From positions 8,449 through 72,448 of the forward strand of contig DATFYA010000095.1 of assembly GCA_035315345.1 (NCBI GenBank): a stretch of DNA of 64,000 nt. Reading direction: 5' to 3'. The translations under genes were made by a program, and so were the position numbers. This stretch comes from Candidatus Methylomirabilota bacterium (lineage in GTDB: Bacteria > Methylomirabilota > Methylomirabilia > Rokubacteriales > CSP1-6). The notes below the pieces were generated by a model. The model was given only the letters and a program-made list of their open reading frames with translations. It made no database searches and was not told the origin of the DNA. Below are positions 17,846-26,148 of the stretch, one piece after another (the first letter of the stretch is position 1; every line of letters begins with the position of its first letter).

Positions 17846-17908
17846 GCTCTCTTCCGCCTGCGACGGCCGGTGCCTGCGCCGCGGAGACTCGTCATACGGA
17901 GGTTCGCC

Positions 17909-18754
17909 ATGATGATGGCTCGATCGCGCGCGGGACTCTGGCTGGCGCTCGCGCTGGCGCTGCCGTCGTCGCCGGCGCCCGCGCTCGCCCGGTCCAACGT
18001 CGTCATTCTCTCCACCACGACCAGCACCCAGGACTCGGGCCTGCTCGACGTGCTGGTGCCGATGTTCGAGAGGAAGACCGGCCTCACCGTGAAGACCATC
18101 TCGGTCGGCACCGGCCAGGCCCTCGCCCTGGCCGCCCGCGGGGAGGCCGACGTCACGCTGGCCCACGCCCCGTCGGTCGAGAAGAAGTACGTCGAGGAAG
18201 GCAAGATGTCCAACCGCCGCCTCGTCATGTACAACGACTTCGTGATCATCGGCCCGCCCGCCGATCCCGCGAAGATCCGGGGCGTGCCGAAGGCGGTGGA
18301 GGCGCTCAAGCGCATCGCGGAGAGCCAGTCGCGCTTCGTCTCGCGCGGCGACAAGTCCGGCACCCACGTGCTGGAGCACCGGTTGTGGAAGCAGGCGGGC
18401 GTCGAGCCGAAGGGGGCCTGGTACATCGAGTCGGGGCAGGGTATGGGACAGACCCTCGGCATCGCGAACGACCGCCGCGCCTACACCCTGACCGACCGCG
18501 GCACCTACCTCGCCTTCCAGAAGCGCGTGGACCTCCCGATCCTGGTCGAGAAGGACCGGCCGCTGCTGAACATCTACTCGGTGATGGAGGTCAATCCGGC
18601 CAACGGCCCGCGGGTCAATGCCGCGGGCGGCCGAGCGTTCGCCGAGTTCATCCTGGCGCCCGACACCCAGGCGGTCATCAAGACCTTCGGCGTCGACAAG
18701 TACGGCCAGCCCCTCTTCGTGCCGATCGCCGGCAAGAAGGACGAGGATCTCTAG
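17909..18754 (+). CDS. tupA: tungstate ABC transporter substrate-binding protein
   Basis: Internal ATG 6 nt after GGAGG, within ORF 17714..18754. The signal peptide is MMMARSRAGLWLALALALPSSPAPALA. It carries the TupA-type anion-binding motif VVILSTTTSTQDSGLLD. Confidence 0.8.
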   Translation: MMMARSRAGLWLALALALPSSPAPALARSNVVILSTTTSTQDSGLLDVLVPMFERKTGLTVKTISVGTGQALALAARGEADVTLAHAPSVEKKYVEEGKMSNRRLVMYNDFVIIGPPADPAKIRGVPKAVEALKRIAESQSRFVSRGDKSGTHVLEHRLWKQAGVEPKGAWYIESGQGMGQTLGIANDRRAYTLTDRGTYLAFQKRVDLPILVEKDRPLLNIYSVMEVNPANGPRVNAAGGRAFAEFILAPDTQAVIKTFGVDKYGQPLFVPIAGKKDEDL

Positions 18755-18772
18755 GTCGTCGCCGAGGGCGCG

Positions 18773-19468
18773 GTGAGCCTCTTCGGCGAGGGCCTCCTCG
18801 AAGCGCTCCGGCTGCTCGTCGCCGGCGACCCGGAGGTCTGGCAGATCGCCTGGCTGTCGCTGCAGATCTCCGCGACCGCCACGCTGCTGTCGCTGCTCAT
18901 CGGCGTGCCGATCGGCGCGCTGCTCGCGCTGTCACGCTTCCCCGGCCGCGCCCTCGCGGTGAGCCTGGTCAACACCGGCATGGGATTGCCGCCGGTGGTG
19001 GTCGGCCTCTTCGTGACGATCCTGCTCTGGCGCAACGGCGCGCTCGGCTTCCTCGAATTGCTCTACACGCCGGCCGCGATGATCGCCGGCCAGCTGGTCA
19101 TCGCGGCGCCGATCGTGACCGGCCTCACCCTGGCCGCGGTCCAGCAGGTGCCCGAGGCGTTCCGCCTGCAGATGCTGGGGCTCGGGGCCTCGCGGATCCA
19201 GATGATCTGGGTGCTGCTCAAGGAAGCGCGGCTGCCGATGCTGGCCGCGGTGATGGCCGGCTTCGGCGGCGTGATCTCCGAGGTCGGCGCCTCCATGATG
19301 CTCGGCGGCAACATCAAGGGCTCGACGCGCGTGCTGACCACCGCCACCGTGCTCGAGACCGGCAAGGGCAACTTCGACCTCGCCATCGCGCTGTCGGTGA
19401 TCCTGCTCGTGATCACCTTCCTGGTGAACTGGGCGCTCAGCTGGATCCAGCAGCGCCGCCGCGCCTAG
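18773..19468 (+). CDS. tupB: tungstate ABC transporter permease
   Basis: ORF 18773..19468(+), GTG start, about 5-6 TM helices. The EAA-like loop is LGASRIQMIWVLLKEARLP. It directly follows tupA, and no ATPase gene follows it. Confidence 0.75.
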   Translation: MSLFGEGLLEALRLLVAGDPEVWQIAWLSLQISATATLLSLLIGVPIGALLALSRFPGRALAVSLVNTGMGLPPVVVGLFVTILLWRNGALGFLELLYTPAAMIAGQLVIAAPIVTGLTLAAVQQVPEAFRLQMLGLGASRIQMIWVLLKEARLPMLAAVMAGFGGVISEVGASMMLGGNIKGSTRVLTTATVLETGKGNFDLAIALSVILLVITFLVNWALSWIQQRRRA

Positions 19469-19510
19469 CGGTCGCTCGTCGAAGCGCGAGACCGTCCGCC
19501 GCGCGCGCCT

Positions 19511-19915
19511 CTACCGGGGAGACGACAGCGGAATCGGGACGCAGTCCGACCCGCACGCCGAGGCCGCGGCCGACGGGGCGGGCCCGGGTCGGTGCAGGAC
19601 CGCGCGGGTGGGCGTGAGACGCAGCCGGCTGCCGTCGCCACCCGGGTCCGGAGTGGCCACCGCGTCGACGATGAGGCTGTAGTCGCCGTCGTGGCGAGCC
19701 GGGTAGAGCAGCGAGACCTGACCGCGTGCCCGCACATTGGACGCGGTGCGCGAGCCGACCACGGCGAGCAGCCCCTCGGAATGCGGCGTGACCTCGGCAG
19801 CCACGACGTGAGGCGCCCCCGCCTCGCCGACCGTGATGACGTAGGCGCCGGCTCCGCGCTCGCGCAGCGCAGTCTCCAGGCTGGCCGGGGTGACGGAGGT
19901 GCTCATGGGCGTCAT
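19511..19915 (-). CDS. pyridoxamine 5'-phosphate oxidase-like (flavin/F420-binding split-barrel) family protein
   Basis: ORF 19511..19942(-). AYVITVGEAGAPHVVAAEV...GDYSLIVDAVATP fits the PPOX-like fold pattern. The start is uncertain (19915 or 19906). Confidence 0.5.
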   Translation of the reverse strand: MTPMSTSVTPASLETALRERGAGAYVITVGEAGAPHVVAAEVTPHSEGLLAVVGSRTASNVRARGQVSLLYPARHDGDYSLIVDAVATPDPGGDGSRLRLTPTRAVLHRPGPAPSAAASACGSDCVPIPLSSPR

Positions 19916-19986
19916 GCGTAGCCTACCACCATCGGTTGACACCGTCAGGCGCGACTGGTACGGAAAGAGGCACGAGGTCCACGACG

Positions 19987-20724
19987 ATGCGAAGCTCGAT
20001 CCCTCGGCGCACGATTCGGCGATGGACGGCCGCGGCGGCCGCCCTCTCGCTCGCCCTCGGCCTCGGGGTCGGAGCGCGCGCCGTCGGCTTCGGGGGCGAG
20101 GCCGCGGTGCTGGTGCCGCCCCCCGCGGTCGACAATCCGCCGGTCGACAATGTATCGGGGGCCACTCAGGTCGCGGTCCTCGCGGGCGGGTGCTTCTGGG
20201 GCGTCCAGGGCGTCTATCAGCACGTGCGCGGGGTCCAGCAAGTGCTGTCCGGCTATGCCGGCGGCACGCGCGAGACGGCCGACTACGAGACGGTCAGCCG
20301 GGGCGCGAGCCGTCACGCCGAGTCGGTGGAGATTCGCTTCGATCCGAAGGAGGTCTCTTACGGCGAGATCCTCCAGATCTACTTCTCGGTGGTGCACGAT
20401 CCCACCCAGCTCGATCGCCAGGGGCCGGACGTCGGGCCGCAGTATCGGTCCAACATCTTCTATGCCGACGACACGCAGAAGCGCATCGCCCTGGCCTACA
20501 TCGCCCAGCTCGACCGCGCCAGGGTCTTCGGCCGGCGGATCGTCACGCGCGTGGATCCGCTCGGAGGATTCTATCCCGCGGAGGCGTACCACCAGGACTT
20601 CCTGATCCGCAATCCGACGTACCCCTACATCGTGGTCCACGACCTGCCGAAACTCGAGCACCTGAAGAAGACGTTCCCCGCCCGCTACCGCGAGCGGCCG
20701 ATCACCGCCGGGAAGTCCCGGTAG
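19987..20724 (+). CDS. msrA: peptide-methionine (S)-S-oxide reductase with N-terminal signal peptide
   Basis: Internal Met of ORF 19936..20724. MRSSIPRRTIRRWTAAAAALSLALGLGVGARA is a signal or Tat-like peptide. The catalytic motif is LAGGCFWGVQGVY, and GFYPAEAYHQDFL is also present. Confidence 0.85.
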   Translation: MRSSIPRRTIRRWTAAAAALSLALGLGVGARAVGFGGEAAVLVPPPAVDNPPVDNVSGATQVAVLAGGCFWGVQGVYQHVRGVQQVLSGYAGGTRETADYETVSRGASRHAESVEIRFDPKEVSYGEILQIYFSVVHDPTQLDRQGPDVGPQYRSNIFYADDTQKRIALAYIAQLDRARVFGRRIVTRVDPLGGFYPAEAYHQDFLIRNPTYPYIVVHDLPKLEHLKKTFPARYRERPITAGKSR

Positions 20725-20740
20725 CGCCCGGCGCGCGGCG

Positions 20741-21259
20741 TCAGCGCGTCGGACGATCGGAGGACGGGCTGCCGGCCCGCGCCCGGGATCTGGCCGCGCG
20801 CCGACCTCGAGCCGACCGCACCGCCGCCCGCGGGGCCCGCCCGCGGGCGGCCACCTCGTCCGGAGTCGGTCCGCTCGGCCCGAGCGCCTCGTCGATCCGA
20901 TCGCGCAGGGCGCGTAGGCGCTCCAGCAGGAGGTGACCGGTCTCGGTCAGCTCCATGCCCCGCGCGCTTCCGCGCCCGGGTCGATTGCGCACGATCGGAG
21001 TCCCGAGCGCGCGCTCGGCGCGCCGCAGGTAGCCCCAGGCGTGCCGGTACGACCAGCCGATCTCGCGGACGGTGCGGGCCAGGGAGCCGTGTTGCAGGAT
21101 CCCGCCCAGCAGATGGATGCCGCCGTCGCCCGCGAAGAAGTCGCCGGCCAGCTCGAGCCAGACCTTCGTCTTGACCTGGGCGGCGATTATGTTCTCGTGA
21201 GCATTTTGAAGTGCCGCAGCGCGCTGCGTAGCATTGGGCGGCGACGGTCGGGTGGCCAT
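20741..21259 (-). CDS. ModE N-terminal-domain-like winged-helix transcriptional regulator (no Mop domain)
   Basis: ORF 20741..21259(-). GSLARTVREIGWSYRHAWGYLRRAERALGTPIVRNRPGRGSARGMELTETG matches the ModE HTH segment pattern. The tail is Arg-rich and of low complexity. The gene is divergent from modA. Confidence 0.65.
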   Translation of the reverse strand: MATRPSPPNATQRAAALQNAHENIIAAQVKTKVWLELAGDFFAGDGGIHLLGGILQHGSLARTVREIGWSYRHAWGYLRRAERALGTPIVRNRPGRGSARGMELTETGHLLLERLRALRDRIDEALGPSGPTPDEVAARGRAPRAAVRSARGRRAARSRARAGSPSSDRPTR

Positions 21260-21310
21260 GACGGGCCTACAGTACCACGATCGAGCGCACGCTCAGGAGG
21301 CGACGCACGG

Positions 21311-22087
21311 ATGCGGTTCGTGAAGATGCTCGCGCTGGCTCTCGCGGCGCTCCTGCTCGGCGCGCCGGTCGTCCGCGCGCAGGAAGTGACGCTGTCGGTC
21401 GCGATCAGCCTGAAGGACGCCATCGTGGAGCTCGGCCGCGGATTCACCGCCGCGCATCCGGGCGTGGCGCTCCGGTACAACTTCGGCGCCTCCGGTGATC
21501 TGCAGAAGCAGATCGAGGCGGGCGCGCCGGTGGACGTGTTCCTCTCGGCGGCCCAGCGGCAGATGGACGAGCTGGAGAAGCAGAGCCTGATCGTGGCGAC
21601 GACTCGTCGCGCCTTCGCCCGCAACGTGCTCACGGTGGTGAAGCCGGCGGACTCGCGTCTGGACGTCGTCAAGGCTGTCGATCTCCTCGAAGCGCGGGTC
21701 GGCAAGATCGCGGTGGGCAATCCCAAGAGCGTGCCCGCCGGGCAATACGCGGAGGAGAGCTTGCAGAAGCTCGACCTCTGGGATCGCCTGCAGCCCAAGC
21801 TCGTGTTCGCGGAGAACGTCCGACAGGTGCTCGACTACGTCGCGCGCGGCGAGGTCGACGCCGGGTTCGTGTACACCACCGATGCGGCCACGCGCGCCCA
21901 GGGCGTCAAGGAGGCCTTCCGTCCGCTCGAAGACACCTACCGCCCGGTGATCTATCCGGGGGCGGTGGTGGCGGCCTCGAAGCAGCCGGCCCTCGGGGGG
22001 GCGTTTCTCGATCTGCTCGAGAGCCCCCGGGGCCGAACCGTGCTGGGCCGGTTCGGCTTCCAGCCGCCGCCGGCCGGTGCCCGCTGA
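21311..22087 (+). CDS. modA: molybdate ABC transporter substrate-binding protein
   Basis: ATG at 21311, 11 nt after AGGAGG. The signal peptide is MRFVKMLALALAALLLGAPVVRA. Motifs: YNFGASGDLQKQIEAGAPVDVFLSA and VGNPKSVPAGQYA. Confidence 0.85.
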   Translation: MRFVKMLALALAALLLGAPVVRAQEVTLSVAISLKDAIVELGRGFTAAHPGVALRYNFGASGDLQKQIEAGAPVDVFLSAAQRQMDELEKQSLIVATTRRAFARNVLTVVKPADSRLDVVKAVDLLEARVGKIAVGNPKSVPAGQYAEESLQKLDLWDRLQPKLVFAENVRQVLDYVARGEVDAGFVYTTDAATRAQGVKEAFRPLEDTYRPVIYPGAVVAASKQPALGGAFLDLLESPRGRTVLGRFGFQPPPAGAR

Positions 22088-22135
22088 GTCGGCCGGCCGC
22101 GGCCTGAACGTCGCCGGAGGACAAAGGAGGCCACC

Positions 22136-22345
22136 ATGCGCCTGAGCGCCCGCAACATCTTCAAGGGCAAGATCCTCGAAGTCACGAAGGGTACGACCAC
22201 CGCGCACGTCAAGATCGACGTCGGCGGCGGCACCGTGGTCTTCTCCTCGATCACGAACGAGGCGGTGGAATCGCTCGGGCTCAAGGTCGGGGATCCGGCC
22301 TACGCGGTCATCAAGGCCTCCGACGTCATGATCGGCAAGGACTGA
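22136..22345 (+). CDS. mop: stand-alone Mop/TOBE molybdate-binding protein (molbindin)
   Basis: 69-aa ORF. MRLSARNIFKGKILEVTKGTTTAHVKIDVGGG...AVIKASDVMIG is the classic Mop domain (SARN...KASDV). Confidence 0.85.
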   Translation: MRLSARNIFKGKILEVTKGTTTAHVKIDVGGGTVVFSSITNEAVESLGLKVGDPAYAVIKASDVMIGKD

Positions 22346-22397
22346 CGGTGCCCGCGGGCGCGGCCACGCTCGAGGCCGTCGGCTCAGGGCCCCCATC

Positions 22398-23063
22398 GTG
22401 AGCCCGGACAGCATCTCCGCCCTCCGGCTGTCGTTCCAGGTGGCGGTGGCGGCCACGGCGCTCAACGCGCTGGTCGGCATTCCCATCGCCTACGTGCTGG
22501 CCCGCCGGCGCTTCTGGGGCAAGAGCCTGGTGGATCTGCTGGTCACCCTGCCGCTGATCCTGCCGCCCACCGTGGTCGGCTACTACCTCATCGTCCTGCT
22601 CGGCCGCCGTGGGCTGCTCGGGCGCCCGCTCTACGAGCTGACCGGCTTCACGGTGGCCTTCACCTGGTACGCGGCGGTGATCGCGGCCACCGTGATGGCG
22701 CTGCCGCTCCTGGTGCGCACGGTGCGCGCCGCCATCGAGTCGGTGGACCGAGACCTCGAGCGCGCGGCCTACACGCTGGGCCGCTCCGAGCTGCGCACCG
22801 CGCTCGAGGTCACGCTGCCGCTGGCCCGCAACGGCATCCTGGCCGGCATGGTGCTGGCCTTCGCGCGCGCCCTCGGCGAGTTCGGTGCCACGCTGATGCT
22901 GGCCGGCAACATCCCCGGCAAGACCACCACCGTGCCGCTCTCGATCTACACCGCGGTGCAGACGGGAGAGAGCGGCGAGGCCGTCGCTCTGGTGGCGGCG
23001 CTCACCGCGCTGTCGTGCGTGGTGCTGATCGCGGCCAATCGGCTCGGGGCGCGGGCGACATGA
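22398..23063 (+). CDS. modB: molybdate ABC transporter permease
   Basis: ORF 22398..23063(+), GTG start. Motifs: LPLILPPTVVGYYL, and the EAA loop RAAYTLGRSELRTALEVTLPLA. Confidence 0.85.
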   Translation: MSPDSISALRLSFQVAVAATALNALVGIPIAYVLARRRFWGKSLVDLLVTLPLILPPTVVGYYLIVLLGRRGLLGRPLYELTGFTVAFTWYAAVIAATVMALPLLVRTVRAAIESVDRDLERAAYTLGRSELRTALEVTLPLARNGILAGMVLAFARALGEFGATLMLAGNIPGKTTTVPLSIYTAVQTGESGEAVALVAALTALSCVVLIAANRLGARAT

Positions 23064-24190
23064 CCAGCCGCCTCGAGGTGTCGATCCGCAAGTCGTTGCC
23101 CGGCTTCACCCTCGATGTCGAGTGGAGCGCGGGTGACGGTGTCGCCGCGCTCTTCGGTCCCTCGGGCGCGGGCAAGACGCTCACGCTCCAGTGCCTGGCC
23201 GGGCTGGTGCGTCCCGATGCGGGACGCATCGTGGTGGACGGCCAGGTGCTCTTCGACGCGGCCGCCGGCATCGACGTGCCGCCCCAGCGCCGACGCGTCG
23301 GCTACGTGTTCCAGGGCTACGCGCTCTTCCCGCATCTCACCGTGCGCGACAACGTCGGCTTCGGGCTCCGCGAGCGGAGCCGCGCGGATCGAACCCGGCG
23401 CGGGGACGAGGTGCTGGCCCGCCTCGGTCTCGACGCGCTGGCCGAGCGGTATCCGCGCGAGCTGTCGGGCGGCCAGCGCCAGCGGGTCGCGCTCGGGCGC
23501 GCCCTGGCCACCAATCCCGCCCTGCTCCTGCTCGACGAGCCGCTGTCGGCCCTCGACCTGCCGCTGCGCCAGGCCCTGCGCGACGAGCTGCGCGCCGTCC
23601 TCTCCGACTGGGGCATCGCCGCGGTGCTGGTCACCCACGATCTCGGCGAGGCCTACCGGCTGGGCGACCGCATCGTGGTGTACGAGGAGGGCCGCGTGAT
23701 CCAGGCGGCGCCGCGGGCCGAGCTGCTCTGGCGGCCGTCGTCGCGCGCCGTCGCCCGCATCATGGGCATCCGGAACCTGGTGCAGGGGGTCACGCTCAAG
23801 GCCACCGCCGACCGCATCCAGCTCCGCTGGCGCGGGCAGCTGCTCGAGGCGGTGAACTCGCCCATACGCTCCTACCTGCCCGCGCCGGACAGCCCACTCG
23901 CCTTCTACATCCGGCCCGAGTATGTCCGGCTGATCCGGAAGGACCGCGACCGGGTGGACGGCGCCCACCACATGAACCTCATGTCCGGCACCGTGGTGCG
24001 CGAGGTGGACCTGGGCACCGCGTGGACCCTCTTCCTTCGGCTCGACGAGCCGGGCGAGCCCGCGCAGGGCGACTACGATCTGGAGCTGGACGTGCCGCGG
24101 CTCGTGTACGAGATCCTCGAGATCGAGCGCGACCGGCACTGGCAGTTCTCGCTCCATCGGGGCGCGATCCACGTGCTGCCGTCGGCGTGA
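23060..24190 (+). CDS. modC: molybdate ABC transporter ATP-binding protein with C-terminal TOBE-like domain
   Basis: ATGA overlap with the modB stop. Motifs: Walker A GPSGAGKT, signature LSGGQRQRVALGRAL, Walker B LLLLDEP, and the ModC-like RRRVGYVFQGYALFPHLTV. Confidence 0.85.
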   Translation: MTSRLEVSIRKSLPGFTLDVEWSAGDGVAALFGPSGAGKTLTLQCLAGLVRPDAGRIVVDGQVLFDAAAGIDVPPQRRRVGYVFQGYALFPHLTVRDNVGFGLRERSRADRTRRGDEVLARLGLDALAERYPRELSGGQRQRVALGRALATNPALLLLDEPLSALDLPLRQALRDELRAVLSDWGIAAVLVTHDLGEAYRLGDRIVVYEEGRVIQAAPRAELLWRPSSRAVARIMGIRNLVQGVTLKATADRIQLRWRGQLLEAVNSPIRSYLPAPDSPLAFYIRPEYVRLIRKDRDRVDGAHHMNLMSGTVVREVDLGTAWTLFLRLDEPGEPAQGDYDLELDVPRLVYEILEIERDRHWQFSLHRGAIHVLPSA

Positions 24191-25308
24191 TGGCCGTCCC
24201 GGTCGTCGCGCTGCACGCCATCCGGGTGGTCCGCGGCGAGACGACCGTGCTGGACGTCCCCGACCTGGCGGTGGACGCGGGCCAGGTCCTCGCCGTGATC
24301 GGGCCCAACGGGGCCGGCAAGTCCACCCTGCTGCGCGTGATGGGGCTGCTGGAGACCGCGACGGCGGGCAGCGTGCGCTTCCAGGGCGAGCGGGTGAGCC
24401 CGGCCGACGGCCTGGCGCTCCGCCGGCGCATGGCCAGCGTCTTCCAGGAGCCGCTGCTCACCGACGCGACCGTGCGCGACAATGTCGCCCTGGGGCTTCG
24501 CTTCCGGGGCGTCGCCGCGGCCAGGACGGCGCCGCGGGTGGCCGAGTGGCTCGAGCTGCTGGAGATCGCGCACCTGGCCGACCGCCAGGCCCGCACGTTG
24601 TCCGGCGGAGAGGCCCAGCGCACCGCGCTGGCCCGGGCCCTGGTGCTCGAGCCCGAGCTGCTCCTCCTGGACGAGCCGTTCTCGGCGCTCGATCAGCCGA
24701 CGCGGGAGACGCTGATCGAGGACCTGGGCCGGATCCTGCGGCGCCGCCGGGCGACCGCGGTGCTGGTCACCCACGACCGGGGCGAGGCCCGGGCGCTCGG
24801 GGATCGGGTCGCGGTGATCCTCCGGGGGCGGCTCCTCCAGGTCGACCAGGCGGGCCAGGTGTTTCGCGCGCCGGTCTCCGAGGAGGTCGCGCGCTTCGTC
24901 GGCGTCGAGACCCTGGTGGAGTGTCGGGTCCGCGCGGTGACCGACGGGCTGGCCATCCTCGAGGCCGGCCCGCAGACCATCGAGGTCGCCCAGCCGGCCG
25001 AGGCGTGCGAGTGGGTTCGGCTCTGCGTTCGTCCGGAGGACGTCACGCTCTCGGCCCGCACCGGCGACGCGCCGTCGAGCGCGCGCAACCATCTCGCCGG
25101 GCACATCGTGCGCATGGCCGCGAGCGGACCCCATGTGCGCGTGACCATTGATTGCGGGTTTCCTCTCGTGGCGCTCGTGACGCAGCGCTCCGTCGACGAG
25201 CTGCGGCTCGCAACGGGCAGTCCGGTGACCGCGCACTTCAAGGCCACTGCGCCGCACCTGCTGCGCCACTCCCGAAGCCTTGACAGTCCGGAGAGCGGGG
25301 GAGTATAA
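24190..25308 (+). CDS. second ABC ATP-binding protein with C-terminal TOBE/Mop domain (candidate missing TupC)
   Basis: TGATG overlap with the modC stop. Motifs: GPNGAGKST, LSGGEAQRTALARAL, LLLLDEP. The C-terminus NHLAGHIVRM...VRVTIDCG...VTAHFKA is TOBE-like. Confidence 0.75.
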   Translation: MAVPVVALHAIRVVRGETTVLDVPDLAVDAGQVLAVIGPNGAGKSTLLRVMGLLETATAGSVRFQGERVSPADGLALRRRMASVFQEPLLTDATVRDNVALGLRFRGVAAARTAPRVAEWLELLEIAHLADRQARTLSGGEAQRTALARALVLEPELLLLDEPFSALDQPTRETLIEDLGRILRRRRATAVLVTHDRGEARALGDRVAVILRGRLLQVDQAGQVFRAPVSEEVARFVGVETLVECRVRAVTDGLAILEAGPQTIEVAQPAEACEWVRLCVRPEDVTLSARTGDAPSSARNHLAGHIVRMAASGPHVRVTIDCGFPLVALVTQRSVDELRLATGSPVTAHFKATAPHLLRHSRSLDSPESGGV

Positions 25309-25371
25309 CGCGGGTACATCGATCCGCAGCTGGGGCAGGGTCCTGAGCCAGCGCTTCGCAAGGAGGTCCGC

Positions 25372-25602
25372 ATGCCCGACGCCGAAGCTTTCATCGAGCG
25401 GCTCACCACGGAGAACCACGATTTCCGCAAGCTCCGCGAGGAGCACCAGCGCTACGAAAGAGAGCTGACCGACCTCAACGGTCGGGGCTTTCTCTCTCCC
25501 GAGCAGCAGTGGCGTGTGAGCGAGCTGAAGAAGCTCAAGCTCATCGCGAAGGATCGGATGGAGGTCCTCCTCCGACACGCGCGCGCCGCGACGCACGCCT
25601 GA
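25372..25602 (+). CDS. DUF465 (YdcH-like) small coiled-coil protein
   Basis: 76-aa ORF. HDFRKLREEHQRYERELTDL...LSPEQQWRVSELKKLKLIAKDRM is the DUF465 pattern. AAGGAGG lies upstream. Confidence 0.7.
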   Translation: MPDAEAFIERLTTENHDFRKLREEHQRYERELTDLNGRGFLSPEQQWRVSELKKLKLIAKDRMEVLLRHARAATHA

Positions 25603-25623
25603 GTCGGGTCCCGAACCCGGCCG

Positions 25624-26148
25624 ATGTCCACGCCGCGGAACGTGCAGGGCTTCCGCGGCCTGTCCCACCTGACTCCCGCCGGTGAGGCGCGCATGGTGGA
25701 CGTCTCCGCCAAGTCGGAGACGGTCCGCGAGGCGGCCGCCCGAGTGACCCTCCGGATGAGGCCGGCGACGCTCGGCGCCGTCCGCGCCGGCCAGCTCGCC
25801 AAGGGCGACGTCCTCGGAGTGGCCCGCACCGCGGGCATCATGGCGGCCAAGCGCACCCCCGATCTGATCCCGCTGTGCCATCCGCTGCGGATCACCGGCG
25901 TGGACGTGGAGTTCGTGCTCGACTCGCGCCGGTCCACGATCACCGTGCTCGCGCGCGTGCGCACGGTGGACAAGACCGGCGTGGAGATGGAGGCGCTGAC
26001 CGCGGCCGCGGTGGCCGGCCTCACCGTGTACGACATGGTGAAGGCGGTGGACCGGGGCGTGGTCCTCACCGACCTGTGCCTCGTGGAGAAGTCCGGCGGC
26101 AAGTCCGGCACCTGGAAGCGTCCTCGCTTCCCGCGGCGCCGCCCATGA
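25624..26148 (+). CDS. moaC: cyclic pyranopterin monophosphate synthase MoaC
   Basis: ORF 25624..26148(+). Motifs: MVDVSAK, AGIMAAKRTPDLIPLCHPL, KTGVEMEALTAAAVAGLTVYDM. Confidence 0.9.
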   Translation: MSTPRNVQGFRGLSHLTPAGEARMVDVSAKSETVREAAARVTLRMRPATLGAVRAGQLAKGDVLGVARTAGIMAAKRTPDLIPLCHPLRITGVDVEFVLDSRRSTITVLARVRTVDKTGVEMEALTAAAVAGLTVYDMVKAVDRGVVLTDLCLVEKSGGKSGTWKRPRFPRRRP

